DNA from: an uncultured bacterium
Lineage (GTDB): Bacteria; Hydrothermota; Tepidihabitantia; Tepidihabitantales; CAIPLT01
Direction of reading: 5' to 3'
Length of the DNA stretch: 56,555 nt
NCBI GenBank assembly: GCA_964473505.1
Contig: CAYYPG010000001.1
Location: forward strand, 1 to 56,555
Part shown: piece after piece, positions 1 through 9,355 of the stretch
Position numbering within the stretch: the first letter of the stretch is position 1
Layout of the letters: the number at the start of each line of letters is the position of its first letter
Notes under the pieces: generated by a model
The model's input: the letters and a program-made list of their open reading frames with translations, nothing else
Database searches by the model: none
What the model was told of the DNA's origin: nothing
Translations under genes and position numbers: made by a program

Positions 1-250
1 TAGTCAAGTCTAAAATACACATTTTTGCACAGGCACCTGTACCCTCTTTTTAGGGTAAAATGCTGTATCTTGCAGAAAAACAACGACTTATCTAAAAAAT
101 CACCTTATCTAAAACATTAGTTATAACTAATGTTTTTTTGTGTTTATTCTTTACTTAAGAGATAGTAGAAAGTTTTAAAAAGATTTAGGCACAGCGCGGT
201 CGATTGCAAAAAAGATTTGTATGAGAATAAAAAGTGAATCGAGCTTTATA
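1..250 (-). mobile_element. Transposase-upstream terminus of an IS element that continues beyond the window start (boundary approximate, 199-250)
   Basis: Positions 38-225 are about 80% identical to 52932-53120, and weaker homology runs to about 250. GGCACAGCGCGG at 188-199 is the inverted complement of the GGTGCTGTGCC termini at 53280 and 56501. Confidence 0.5.
111..139. other. 26-bp perfect palindrome AAAACATTAGTTA/TAACTAATGTTTT plus T-run inside the IS end (terminator-like insulator)
   Basis: The two 13-nt halves are exact reverse complements. The same palindrome with one mismatch is at 53006-53031. Confidence 0.5.
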
Positions 251-495
251 TGAACTCATGCTGAAAAGATGTAATATTCAAGAAATAATTGGTTTGGGAT
301 TTTATGAAAGTATCACTGGTTAAAATGAGCGGTGTATACAATTACAATTATAAGTGTAAAAATCAATGCCGATACAAAAATATTGGTAAAGTTAAAGAAA
401 GTAAATTACAAAGGATAACAAAGCATAGGTGTGTCCGCGCTATCACGAGAGATGTTAGATTAGAGTATTTAGGTGCTGGGTTGTGTATAATAATA

Positions 496-599
496 ATATT
501 TGTCTAATTTCAGTATTAAAATGTGTGTAAGTCAATTCACAATTAAACAAAACATAATAATAGAAAACCACCCCATTGGATAAAATATACACAAAAATC
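496..599 (+). mobile_element. MITE-B copy (TIR ATATTTGKYKTAAWTT ... ATWTACACAAAAATC)
   Basis: The left end ATATTTGTCTAATTTCAGTATT and the right end TATACACAAAAATC followed by TTGACG match the copies at 6049, 11943, 47111 and 56307. Confidence 0.45.
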
Positions 600-1784
600 T
601 TGACGCCGATAATTAAAGCCAGTAAGGTTAAAATCAACTCCAATGCGTTATTGATTTATTGGCAAAATTAAAGAGGATGTAGAAAATTACTTTTAACATA
701 ATTAGTGCTAAACTTAATATGAAGGAATTTGTCTAACTTGTTAAGATGGACGGTATTAAGATTGAGGCAAAATAAAAACATAAAAGTATTTACCCGATTG
801 GCAATTCCATATAATTTTTATCATCCCGAACCTTATGGACGCTGGACTTTAAAAAGTCTGTCTGATTTGAATAACGGCGAAATTTTGATTGATGAAGGTT
901 TTGGATTGTTGTCGGCAACATAAAGTTTATGATGATTCGGTAGATATTTTTCAAGCGCTTTAGAGTTAGTAGTAAAAAATTGCTTGAATCGCAAATTAAA
1001 TTTACGAGATGCTTTTTGAGCAAGCCGGCAATGATTTGCAGAATGAAATTGATAAGAAATTTGTGGAGTTAAAATAGTTCACAATTGCAATAGAAACTTC
1101 CTCAAATCACATTATATTCCTCCTTAGCATTATATATAACTGTTAAAATAGTTCACAATAAATAGTTTTGTCTTCAGCATTGTTTTGGTAAGTAAAAAAA
1201 GATAAGATTATTTAAGGAATTTCAGTTTAATGAGTTATAATCAAACTTTGTGAAAAATTGAATCGTGTAATTTTATGCCATTGGATAAAATATAGCAACA
1301 ACCAGACTATAGAGGCGCTAATATAGAGGATAATAACAAAAAGAAGGTGTTGTAATTGAATTCCTTGTTTGATGTCTGTATCTTTTGTTTAATCTGAAGG
1401 GTTATTCATTTGTAAATTTAATCGGCAAGCTAACCGCTAATTAGAAAGATTGTTTAACAGATAGTTCATTTGATGGCGTCTTAAATCTATTAGTACTAAC
1501 CGAATTTATCCATAAGTTAAACAAACAATGTGTCTGAATCATTGGTTCGAACATAATCATCGGTGTGACTAGCGAGATGATGTCGTAGGTTTAATTTCTT
1601 AACTTAGTTCTAAACATAAATTCCTAAATAATCTCCCAAAATAGCGTATATTCGCTTAACCGAATCTTAACAATTCATTTATATTATCTTAACGCAGTTA
1701 GAGTATATTTTAGGCGTATGAATAATAAATTTGAGCACAGGCTTGCGACCGCGAAGATTTTCGGGCCACTTTATATTGTAAAAA

Positions 1785-1875
1785 GTGTTAAACTCCGCGC
1801 TGATTTGCCATACCCTGCTAAAATTCACCACATAGTGCCTTCCTTGTGGTTTTCAAATTAGCGCGGGGTTAACAC
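1785..1875 (+). ncRNA. Candidate structured RNA or long stem-loop of unknown class
   Basis: GTGTTAAACTCCGCGC (1785-1800) pairs with GCGCGGGGTTAACAC (1861-1875) for 15 bp with one bulge. An inner hairpin CCACA..TGTGG lies at 1828-1849. The segment is a GC-rich island in AT-rich, ORF-poor DNA. The strand is not established. Confidence 0.25.
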
Positions 1876-2077
1876 TAAATATCTAAAGAAAGGAGAATTA
1901 GATAGACAAAGATACTTTGAAAACAAAAAGAACAAAAAAGAAATATGCGTATCTTTATCCCAAACTACAAAAGGGCGATATTTTCATAAAACTCTTTTGT
2001 GTTTTGGAGATATTCGTTAAATATATGCACTCATTATTATTTAATTCATTTAAAATGATAAAAGGAAGGAGATAATA

Positions 2078-2524
2078 ATGTCGAACATTGGCATAATGTT
2101 TTTAACCAGCTTGATGCTACTGAGTCCCCCAATCGCTGCATTAGAAAATCAACCGAATAAGATATCTGAGTTACGATTATATTCAGATAGTGGAGAAGCA
2201 TTAACTTTAGCCGAAGGCATGATGGAGGAGATTATCGTCACCGCCGAGTACACACCTTCAGTCAAATCCGCTAACCGAATCGACAGATTTCAACAATTTA
2301 ACGATTATTTCACATTTGTGGTTAATGTGTTAATGGTTCTGTTCTTCATTGGTATCGGAATTACGACATTGTTATCCAAAAAGAAACGACGGAAAAATTA
2401 TAAAAAAGAAAAAGGACCATTTTCCCTTCCGCCTTTTTCAGATACCGAACCGGATTTTTATCTGTCAAATCAAAATCCGCTTCGGATTAATAACGTCGAT
2501 TTAGGCAAGGATTATGCTTGCTAA
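2078..2524 (+). CDS. Hypothetical single-pass membrane protein with signal peptide
   Basis: A strong SD (AAGGAAGGAG) precedes the ATG. The protein has an N-terminal hydrophobic leader, a TM segment FTFVVNVLMVLFFIGIGITTLL and a KKKRRK stop-transfer. No family was recognised. Confidence 0.6.
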   Translation: MSNIGIMFLTSLMLLSPPIAALENQPNKISELRLYSDSGEALTLAEGMMEEIIVTAEYTPSVKSANRIDRFQQFNDYFTFVVNVLMVLFFIGIGITTLLSKKKRRKNYKKEKGPFSLPPFSDTEPDFYLSNQNPLRINNVDLGKDYAC

Positions 2525-2709
2525 TCGAAAACATATAAATAACCACCAACAAGAACCAGAATATTATCAAAAGGATAAAACGGTTCAAGTTAATAAGGAC
2601 TACCACATTACACTATTTATTAATGATAAGTTCTGGTTCGAAAAATATATCGTAAAAAAATTAATAACAATAAAAAACAAATAAAAACATATATGCAAAA
2701 GGAGTTCGT

Positions 2710-3864
2710 ATGCACAAAAAAAACATATTAATAATAGCTATGATTTTTTTAACCGGTACTGTGGCTTTACAAGCCGGTGAAACTAAAGTTGCAGGCGAAA
2801 TCTGGAATCGTTATGTTATGCTACGCAAAGACGGTAAAACGACATTAAATCAATTCTCATTTGACCGTGGTTATCTCACCTTAGAACCTAAATTAAGCGA
2901 TAAAATCAAAGGCCGATTTACGCTTGATTTCTTCTCAAGTGAGAAGTATAATGACGGTGCTGGGATTAAAGTGAAATACGGATTTTTGCAATTTGCCGAA
3001 CTATTACCAAGCAGGGAAAGCAATCTGGAACTTGGTCTTATTAAAAATTATTTCGGGTTAGTCTACGACTGGGCATATCCGGTGGTTGAAAAAGCAATAG
3101 AAGACAAAGAAAAAATTGCCGCGTCAGTCGATTATGGTATCGCTTATACTGGTTATCTGCCAAAAGGTTTCGGCGAATATGCGGTTGGTTTGTATAATGG
3201 TGAAGGATATACGAAAACCCAAAGTAAAGTGAATACAAAATTTGCTCCATTATTTAATCTGAGATTAACTCCGTTTGCTGGAATTACCGTTGGCGGCTCA
3301 ATGATATTAGATAAACCCGGGGTGATTGGTTTAGTAAGGCATACAACAACCTCAAGTCGTGCAGAATCATTATTCAAAAAAGTCTATGATAATCGTAAAG
3401 TCTATGCGGGTATTACCAAATTGGCTTTTGGTCCGGTTGAACTTTGGGGTGAATATTTGACTAATTATTATGACTCGACCATAACGAAAAAGATTTCCCG
3501 TCCGAATGTTACCGACACAATAACAACCACGACCTACATTTACAAAAGCAGAGGTTATTCGTTGACGCCGATTTTATCTTTGAATCAATTAACCGGCATT
3601 GATGTTGAGTTGTTTTTTCGATATGATTTCTGGGATAGTAATATTGAGATTAAAGACTACAAGAGCGCATTTTCGACCATGGTGATTGGTAGTAATTACA
3701 ATATTCTCCGGAGTGCGAGTGCCGACCCGGTCTTAACCCTACAGATAAACTGGCAGCGCAAAACTTTTAAGAAAGAGGACGCCACCATTGCTGAGGTTAA
3801 AAAACCAGAAGACCAAATTTATGTTCAGCTAAAATGGAAATTTAGTTCTACAATTTTAAATTAA
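2710..3864 (+). CDS. Putative outer-membrane beta-barrel porin heading the pst cluster
   Basis: It has a signal peptide and an alternating beta-strand-like composition rich in Y/G/T. Its position immediately upstream of pstS suggests a porin O/P-like protein. Similarity was judged by eye only. Confidence 0.5.
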   Translation: MHKKNILIIAMIFLTGTVALQAGETKVAGEIWNRYVMLRKDGKTTLNQFSFDRGYLTLEPKLSDKIKGRFTLDFFSSEKYNDGAGIKVKYGFLQFAELLPSRESNLELGLIKNYFGLVYDWAYPVVEKAIEDKEKIAASVDYGIAYTGYLPKGFGEYAVGLYNGEGYTKTQSKVNTKFAPLFNLRLTPFAGITVGGSMILDKPGVIGLVRHTTTSSRAESLFKKVYDNRKVYAGITKLAFGPVELWGEYLTNYYDSTITKKISRPNVTDTITTTTYIYKSRGYSLTPILSLNQLTGIDVELFFRYDFWDSNIEIKDYKSAFSTMVIGSNYNILRSASADPVLTLQINWQRKTFKKEDATIAEVKKPEDQIYVQLKWKFSSTILN

Positions 3865-3980
3865 AATAAACCTTGCTGATGTATATGGATAATCATAACT
3901 CCCAATGCCTCAATATAGGATTGGGTAATTACATAAATATTAGTGGAAATTTAGTTTTACAAGTTTAAACTAAAAAAGGA

Positions 3981-4061
3981 TCACGGATGTATCCGGATAA
4001 AGATAAATTCGCCAATTCAGCATTGGGACGCTACAAAATATCTTATCCGAGGTTATCCGTG
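3981..4061 (+). promoter_or_regulatory. Long imperfect hairpin (TATCCGGATA type) ending 10 nt upstream of the pstS SD
   Basis: TCACGGATgtatcCGGATAAaGATA (3981-4005) pairs with TATCTTATCCGaggttATCCGTGA (4038-4061). The stems are 8+7+4 bp. Confidence 0.6.
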
Positions 4062-4083
4062 ACTAAATTTCAGGAGGGAAAAA

Positions 4084-4899
4084 ATGAAACATCTAATTAG
4101 ATTATTAATTGTTGGTTTAACAATCTTTACCACAACCAATTTAGATGCTGCGCGGAAGAATATTACCTTGGCAGGTTCAACCACTGTCTTACCGATTGCC
4201 CAGAAATGCGCTGAAGCATTTATGGATATAAATCCGAAAGTAAATATTTCAGTCCGAGGCGGTGGCTCAGGAGTGGGCATTGCTTCGCTTGCAGGAAAAT
4301 CTGTTGATGTTGGTATGTCTTCTCGACCAATTAAAGATAAAGAATTAGCGACCGCAAAACAGAAAGGCGTGAATCCAGTCGGTAATATAATTGCGTTAGA
4401 TGGTTTAGCGGTTATTATCCATTCCCAAAATCCCATTAATGAAATTACAATAAAGACGCTAAAAGATATCTACACCGGTAAGATTACCAACTGGAAAGCA
4501 TTAGGTGGTCCTGACCGCGAAATCGTGGTCGTATCACGCGATGTGGCATCAGGTACTTTTGAGGTTTTTAAGGAGAAAGTGCTGAAAGGCGATAAGACTA
4601 AGGATGATGCGCTAATGCTCGCTTCTAATAAAGCAGTTGCGACTACTGTGCAAGATACTCCTGGAGCAATTGGTTATGTCGGGCTGGGTTATCTCTCTGA
4701 AGGTGTCAAAGCGCTGAAAGTAGATGGAGTATCTCCAAGCAATAAAACAGTGCAAGATGGTAGTTACAAATTAGCCCGACCACTATTTATGTACACCAAC
4801 GGTGCACCCAAAGGTTTGGTTAAAGAATTTATCGATTTCATCTTATCAAACACGGGTCAGAAATTAGTTTCCGAAGCCGGTTTTGTTCCAGTTAAATAA
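4084..4899 (+). CDS. pstS: Phosphate ABC transporter substrate-binding protein
   Basis: It has a signal peptide. GSTTVLPIA, GGGSGVG and SRDVASGTFEVF match PstS-family motifs. It is followed by pstCAB-phoU. Confidence 0.9.
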   Translation: MKHLIRLLIVGLTIFTTTNLDAARKNITLAGSTTVLPIAQKCAEAFMDINPKVNISVRGGGSGVGIASLAGKSVDVGMSSRPIKDKELATAKQKGVNPVGNIIALDGLAVIIHSQNPINEITIKTLKDIYTGKITNWKALGGPDREIVVVSRDVASGTFEVFKEKVLKGDKTKDDALMLASNKAVATTVQDTPGAIGYVGLGYLSEGVKALKVDGVSPSNKTVQDGSYKLARPLFMYTNGAPKGLVKEFIDFILSNTGQKLVSEAGFVPVK

Positions 4900-4911
4900 A
4901 ACCGAATTTTT

Positions 4912-5068
4912 AATGTCGTAAAGACTTATAGAGAATGTGCCAAGGTCATTTTATGATAGTAAGACTTTTGATCGCAAACAAATTTATTTTACACCATACT
5001 TAATAATAAGGAATTAATTTGGGTCTACTCTTAAAATGATTTGGCACATTCTCTTAAATCTCGACATT
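4912..5068 (+). promoter_or_regulatory. About 157-nt intercistronic stem-loop between pstS and pstC
   Basis: AGAGAATGTGCCAAGGTCATTTTA (4930-4953) pairs with TAAAATGATTTGGCACATTCTCT (5032-5054). The outer pair is AATGTCG (4912-4918) with CGACATT (5062-5068). Confidence 0.6.
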
Positions 5069-5127
5069 TAGCTTTGAATGTCGCATTATGAATCTGAATT
5101 AATGTTTTAACCTCTATTTTGCCATAA

Positions 5128-6003
5128 ATGAAATTTAAAGAGTCTTTATTTAAATATATTGCATTTTTTTCGGCTTTATGTTCGGTAATTTTTCTTTTTG
5201 GAATTATTTTTAGTATTTTTAAAGAAGGTTATCCCATCTTTAAGATTTATGGTCTTATAAAATTTTTGTTTACGACCAGTTGGCACCCAACACATGAAGA
5301 ACCTTCATTTGGTATCTTGGCTTTAATCATCGGCTCATTCGTAGTTACTGCTGGTTCTTTAATAGTTGCTATTCCTTTAGGTGTGGGCTCGGCAATATAT
5401 TTATCGGAGATTGCAGGATTTAAGACCCGGGAATTCTTAAAGCCATTTGTCGAACTTTTAGCCGGCATCCCTTCGGTAATTTACGGATTATTTGGTATGG
5501 CATTTTTGGCACCGTTCGTGATGCGATTATTTAACTTGCCTACCGGGCTTAATGCTTTTACCGCAGCGATAATTTTAGGTATTATGGTAGTGCCAATTAT
5601 TGCTAGTATCTCCGAGGATGCAATCTCATCTGTTCCTATGGAATTACGAGAGGCATCCTACGCCTTAGGTGCTAATAAATGGGAGACAGTATATAAAGTT
5701 ATTCTGCCTGCGGCTAAATCCGGGATCTATGCGAGTATTATTCTCGGTTTTGGTCGAGCAATTGGCGAAACGATGTTAGTTTTAATGGTTGCGGGCGGTT
5801 CCGCCATAATACCCCAATCGATTTTTTCTCCAGTCAGACCCATGACCGCAACTATTGCCGCAGAAATGGGCGAGACGGTCGTCGGCAGTGACCATTATCA
5901 TGCCTTGTTCGGCATTGCTATCATCTTGTTTATCATTACCTTGATTTCAAATTTAATTACAGAATCAATAAAAAGGAAAGTGATGCGTTCACAGAACTTA
6001 TGA
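5128..6003 (+). CDS. pstC: Phosphate ABC transporter permease
   Basis: A multi-TM protein with the EAA loop EASYALGANKWETVYKVILPAA, in pst operon context. Confidence 0.9.
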   Translation: MKFKESLFKYIAFFSALCSVIFLFGIIFSIFKEGYPIFKIYGLIKFLFTTSWHPTHEEPSFGILALIIGSFVVTAGSLIVAIPLGVGSAIYLSEIAGFKTREFLKPFVELLAGIPSVIYGLFGMAFLAPFVMRLFNLPTGLNAFTAAIILGIMVVPIIASISEDAISSVPMELREASYALGANKWETVYKVILPAAKSGIYASIILGFGRAIGETMLVLMVAGGSAIIPQSIFSPVRPMTATIAAEMGETVVGSDHYHALFGIAIILFIITLISNLITESIKRKVMRSQNL

Positions 6004-6048
6004 AATTAAAGACTTCAAAATATAAGCAAAAACTGATGTTATCAGAGC

Positions 6049-6162
6049 GGTTTTGTATAAATTCAGTATTGGAGAAGTTAGGAAAAATATGTAACTTCGG
6101 CCTTGTTTAATATGTTTAAAAAGAACACGCCGATGGAAGAAAAAAACAATTTACACAAAAAT
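6049..6162 (+). mobile_element. MITE-B copy inserted between pstC and pstA
   Basis: GGTTTTGTATAAATTCAGTATT ... AAGAACACGCCGATGGAAGAAAAAAACAATTTACACAAAAATC aligns with 47111-47244 and with the reverse complement of 56307-56468. Confidence 0.5.
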
Positions 6163-6213
6163 CTTAACGCTATCTATTAGAACAGAAATGCAAATTGTGT
6201 CTTTACATAACAT

Positions 6214-7071
6214 ATGAGACGGAAACGAAAAGTAAATCAAACAGTTTGGCTTATTCTGGTTCGTGTTGCGCTTCTCATCAGTATTTTATTTTTACTGATA
6301 TTTTTACTAATGATATTTGCTAAAGGAAGTAAGGTCTTATCGATTTCGTTTTTAACTCAACCACCGAGAGAAGGGATGACCGCTGGAGGTATTTTCCCGG
6401 CAATTTTAGGAACTTTTTATTTAGTAATATTAGCAATTATTGTGGCGTTGCCTTTGGGTGTATTTGCCGCAGTCTATTTGTCCGAATATGCTCAAAAAGG
6501 ACACTTGGTTAATATAATTCGCACCGCAATCAATACACTGGCGGGCGTGCCTTCAATCGTCTTTGGACTTTTTGGATTAGCGGTATTCGTAAATATGTTT
6601 GGGTTTGGTGTTTCAATTTTATCAGGTTCTTTGACTTTGGCAATTTTGATTCTGCCGATAATTATCAATGCCAGCGAAGAAGCAATTAAGATGGTGCCGG
6701 ACAGTTTTCGTCAGGCAGCATATGCCTTGGGCGCAACTAAAAGACAGGCTATTACTAAAGTAGTATTACCTACTGCTTTGCCCAATATTCTTACTGGTGC
6801 GATTATCAGTGTGGGCCGAGCCGCGGGTGAGACCGCGCCAATTCTTTTTACTGCGGCAACATTTTATACCCGAAAAATGCCAACCTCAATTCTTGACGAA
6901 GTGATGGCATTGCCTTATCATATCTATGCTTTAATGACTGAAGGTACCGCCCCAAAGCAACAAGTGCCCATTGCTTACGGCACATCAGTTGTTTTGTTAT
7001 TGTTAGTATTGACGGTTAATTTGGTAGCGATAATTATTCGGTACCGCATGCGAAAGAGAAAAAAATGGTAA
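6214..7071 (+). CDS. pstA: Phosphate ABC transporter permease
   Basis: A multi-TM protein with the EAA loop [20 protein letters not shown]. Its end overlaps the pstB start (ATGGTAA). Confidence 0.9.
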   Translation: MRRKRKVNQTVWLILVRVALLISILFLLIFLLMIFAKGSKVLSISFLTQPPREGMTAGGIFPAILGTFYLVILAIIVALPLGVFAAVYLSEYAQKGHLVNIIRTAINTLAGVPSIVFGLFGLAVFVNMFGFGVSILSGSLTLAILILPIIINASEEAIKMVPDSFRQAAYALGATKRQAITKVVLPTALPNILTGAIISVGRAAGETAPILFTAATFYTRKMPTSILDEVMALPYHIYALMTEGTAPKQQVPIAYGTSVVLLLLVLTVNLVAIIIRYRMRKRKKW

Positions 7072-7853
7072 CAGCAAAAGTTCGAGAATCCGTTGATGTT
7101 TGTAATGTATTATGTGTTAAAGACCTTAATTTGTGGTTTGGTGAAAAGCATGTTCTTAAGAATATTAATATGACTGTACCCTGCAAAAAACTGACTGCGA
7201 TTATTGGTCCTTCAGGTTGTGGTAAATCAACTTTAATCCGTTGTTTTAATCGGATGAATGATTTGATAGCGGAAGCAAAAATTAAAGGAAGCATTTTAAT
7301 TGACGGAGTTGATATTTATTCTGATAAGATGGATGTCTATGAACTACGAATGAAAGTGGGTATGGTTTTTCAAAAACCGAATCCATTTCCGAAGTCAATT
7401 TTAGAAAATGTTTTATTTGGATTAAAAATTCAGGGCAAGTTATCAAAAAGTCAAATGATGGAAAAAGTAGAAAAGAGTTTGCAGGATGCTTGGTTATGGG
7501 ATGAAGTGAAAGACCGCTTACATGATAATGCGTTTAACTTATCAGGCGGACAACAGCAACGATTGTGTATTGCGCGCGCGTTAGCCACCGACCCAGAAAT
7601 TATTCTTTTAGATGAACCGACTTCAGCCTTAGACCCACAATCAACCGCCAAGATTGAAGATTTGCTGGTAGAATTAAAGAACAAAATAACGATTATTCAG
7701 GTTACCCATAATATTGCCCAAGCCGCACGCATTTCGGATTACATTGCTTTTATCTATTTAGGCGAACTGATTGAGTTTGATTTGACCGAAAAGATTATGA
7801 CCACGCCTAAAGATAAAAGAACTGAAGCCTATCTGACTGGAAAATTTGGCTAA
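7065..7853 (+). CDS. pstB: Phosphate ABC transporter ATP-binding protein
   Basis: Walker [10 protein letters not shown], signature [15 protein letters not shown] and Walker [12 protein letters not shown]. Confidence 0.92.
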   Translation: MVTAKVRESVDVCNVLCVKDLNLWFGEKHVLKNINMTVPCKKLTAIIGPSGCGKSTLIRCFNRMNDLIAEAKIKGSILIDGVDIYSDKMDVYELRMKVGMVFQKPNPFPKSILENVLFGLKIQGKLSKSQMMEKVEKSLQDAWLWDEVKDRLHDNAFNLSGGQQQRLCIARALATDPEIILLDEPTSALDPQSTAKIEDLLVELKNKITIIQVTHNIAQAARISDYIAFIYLGELIEFDLTEKIMTTPKDKRTEAYLTGKFG

Positions 7854-7862
7854 GGAGATCGT

Positions 7863-8519
7863 ATGCTACTGTTAGATATGAAACTATTGGCTTTGAAAAA
7901 AGCACTCATTGACTATGCGACGCTGATCGGAAATATGATTGATAAGGTGATGAGAGGACTTTTGAAAAAAGAGAATGGTCTGTTACAAGAACTAATTGAA
8001 CACGATGAACCGAAAACCAATCAATTAGAATTAGAAGTCGAAGAACTTGGCACGACGCTGATTGCCCAATATGAACCTAAGGCAAAAGATTTAAGAATTG
8101 TCTTGATGGTGTTAAAAATTAATAATGACTTAGAACGAATTGGTGACCATCTAGTTAATATTGCGGAAAGCGCATTATATCTAATTGAACGGCCACCGGT
8201 CAAACCGTTAATTGATATTCCCAAGATGGGCGATTTAGTAGTTAAGATGTTAAAAGATAGCATCACCGCATTCGTTAATGAAGATGCAAAATTAGCCCAA
8301 TCAGTATGTGAACAAGATTCAATGGTTGATAATTTATTAGAACAAGTAATTCGCGAACTGATAACCTATATGACCTCAGACCCCAAAACCATTGAACGCT
8401 CACTGCACTTAATTCGCATTGCCCATAACTTAGAGCGTATTGCTGACCTTTCAACCAATATTAGTGAAGATGTAATATTTATTGTTGATGGCAGAGTAAT
8501 AAAACACGGTAAGGGTTAA
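7863..8519 (+). CDS. phoU: Phosphate signalling complex protein PhoU
   Basis: Two PhoU repeats are present, with NNDLERIGDH and AHNLERIADL. The gene follows pstB directly. Confidence 0.9.
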   Translation: MLLLDMKLLALKKALIDYATLIGNMIDKVMRGLLKKENGLLQELIEHDEPKTNQLELEVEELGTTLIAQYEPKAKDLRIVLMVLKINNDLERIGDHLVNIAESALYLIERPPVKPLIDIPKMGDLVVKMLKDSITAFVNEDAKLAQSVCEQDSMVDNLLEQVIRELITYMTSDPKTIERSLHLIRIAHNLERIADLSTNISEDVIFIVDGRVIKHGKG

Positions 8520-8877
8520 AGATATCCGTAGAACCTAAAAATACACGACAGTAATTTCAATTATTATATAAGCGTTAATAGAGTCAAGTAAAAGCATTGA
8601 GGTAATAGATTACGGAAAATAAAGAAAGATAATTTTCCCAACAGCCCATAAGTAGTAATCCCTGCAAAGTTTTGTGGTTCCAGACAATTATTTTTTTGCG
8701 GTTTCTTGATTTTTTATTTCATTGGTTGGTCGTTAACAGAAGATGATTGTTTTGAGGCATATGAAAGTAATCCTGGTTAATGCAAGGTGTATATATTCAA
8801 TTAGAAGCATAAAATCAGTGAAGTGGTACAAGGAACTACTGGTTGGCTAATAAAGAAAACAAATAGCAAAGTATCGT

Positions 8878-9092
8878 TCCAGATATTCAACTGGCTACCA
8901 TTATTATTAGACAAGTATATTGACGAAACAATAAATTCTGGTTTCTGTACGCCTTCTTAAATCAAATTTTCTAAACAAATGCCAAAGAATCATCCAGATA
9001 TTCGACTGGCCACCCTTATTATTAGACAAGTATATTGACAAACAATAAATTCTGGATTCTATATGCTTCATAAATCGAATTTCCTAAAAATT
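8878..9092 (+). repeat. Tandem direct repeat, 2 copies with 115-bp period
   Basis: TCCAGATATTCAACTGGCTACC...TTAGACAAGTATATTGACGAAACAATAAATTCTGG at 8878 is repeated at 8993. A third partial core copy lies at 9212-9258. Confidence 0.8.
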
Positions 9093-9291
9093 TGTATTTT
9101 TTTATATTTCAACCATAAGCGTACTAATTATGGCAAGGAGTTGATTTGGTTAAAGGAGGTAAATAACATTGTATCCTCTACGGTCTTTAAGTTGTCGTTG
9201 ATATTAATAGTTTAGATAATATTGACGGTATATTGAATTCTAATTACTATGTACCGACATCAGTCAGAATGTATTCTTTTTCACTTCACAA

Positions 9292-9320
9292 TTGACATCG
9301 TTAGGTGCATGATTTATAAT
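9292..9320 (+). promoter_or_regulatory. Consensus sigma70-type promoter TTGACA-N17-TATAAT for the M14 carboxypeptidase gene
   Basis: TTGACA at 9292-9297, a 17-nt spacer and TATAAT at 9315-9320. The ATG is at 9356 with an AAAGGAG SD. Confidence 0.65.
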
Positions 9321-9355
9321 TTTAAGATGAAAACATTTAATTAAAGGAGCATTAT

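Noticed and set aside
289-1023. ORFs 289-507, 455-643, 729-923 and 790-1023 in the leading 2 kb.
   Set aside because: They overlap each other, several use non-ATG starts, they have no SD and no recognisable motifs, and one spans a MITE-B copy.
1066-1160. GTTAAAATAGTTCACAAT occurs twice, 75 bp apart, which looked like a mini CRISPR array.
   Set aside because: There are only two copies. An 18-bp repeat is shorter than known CRISPR repeats. No third unit and no cas genes are in the window. A weak third match (TCAATTCACAATT at about 533) is out of phase.
1530-1560. GGTTCGAAC string resembling a tRNA T-loop.
   Set aside because: No flanking 5-bp T-stem, acceptor stem or anticodon arm can be drawn.
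4053-4436. Antisense shadow ORFs inside well-supported genes. Examples: 4053-4436, 5247-5468, 7034-7294, 7451-7684, 8021-8266, 13476-13845, 15128-15463, 17575-18150, 24636-25031, 27119-27379, 33389-35047, 40673-41094, 43483-44149, 50004-51092, 51794-52129, 53999-54271, 55324-55512.
   Set aside because: Each lies opposite to or out of frame within a CDS with clear family motifs. They have low-complexity or odd composition and are typical shadow ORFs of AT-rich DNA.
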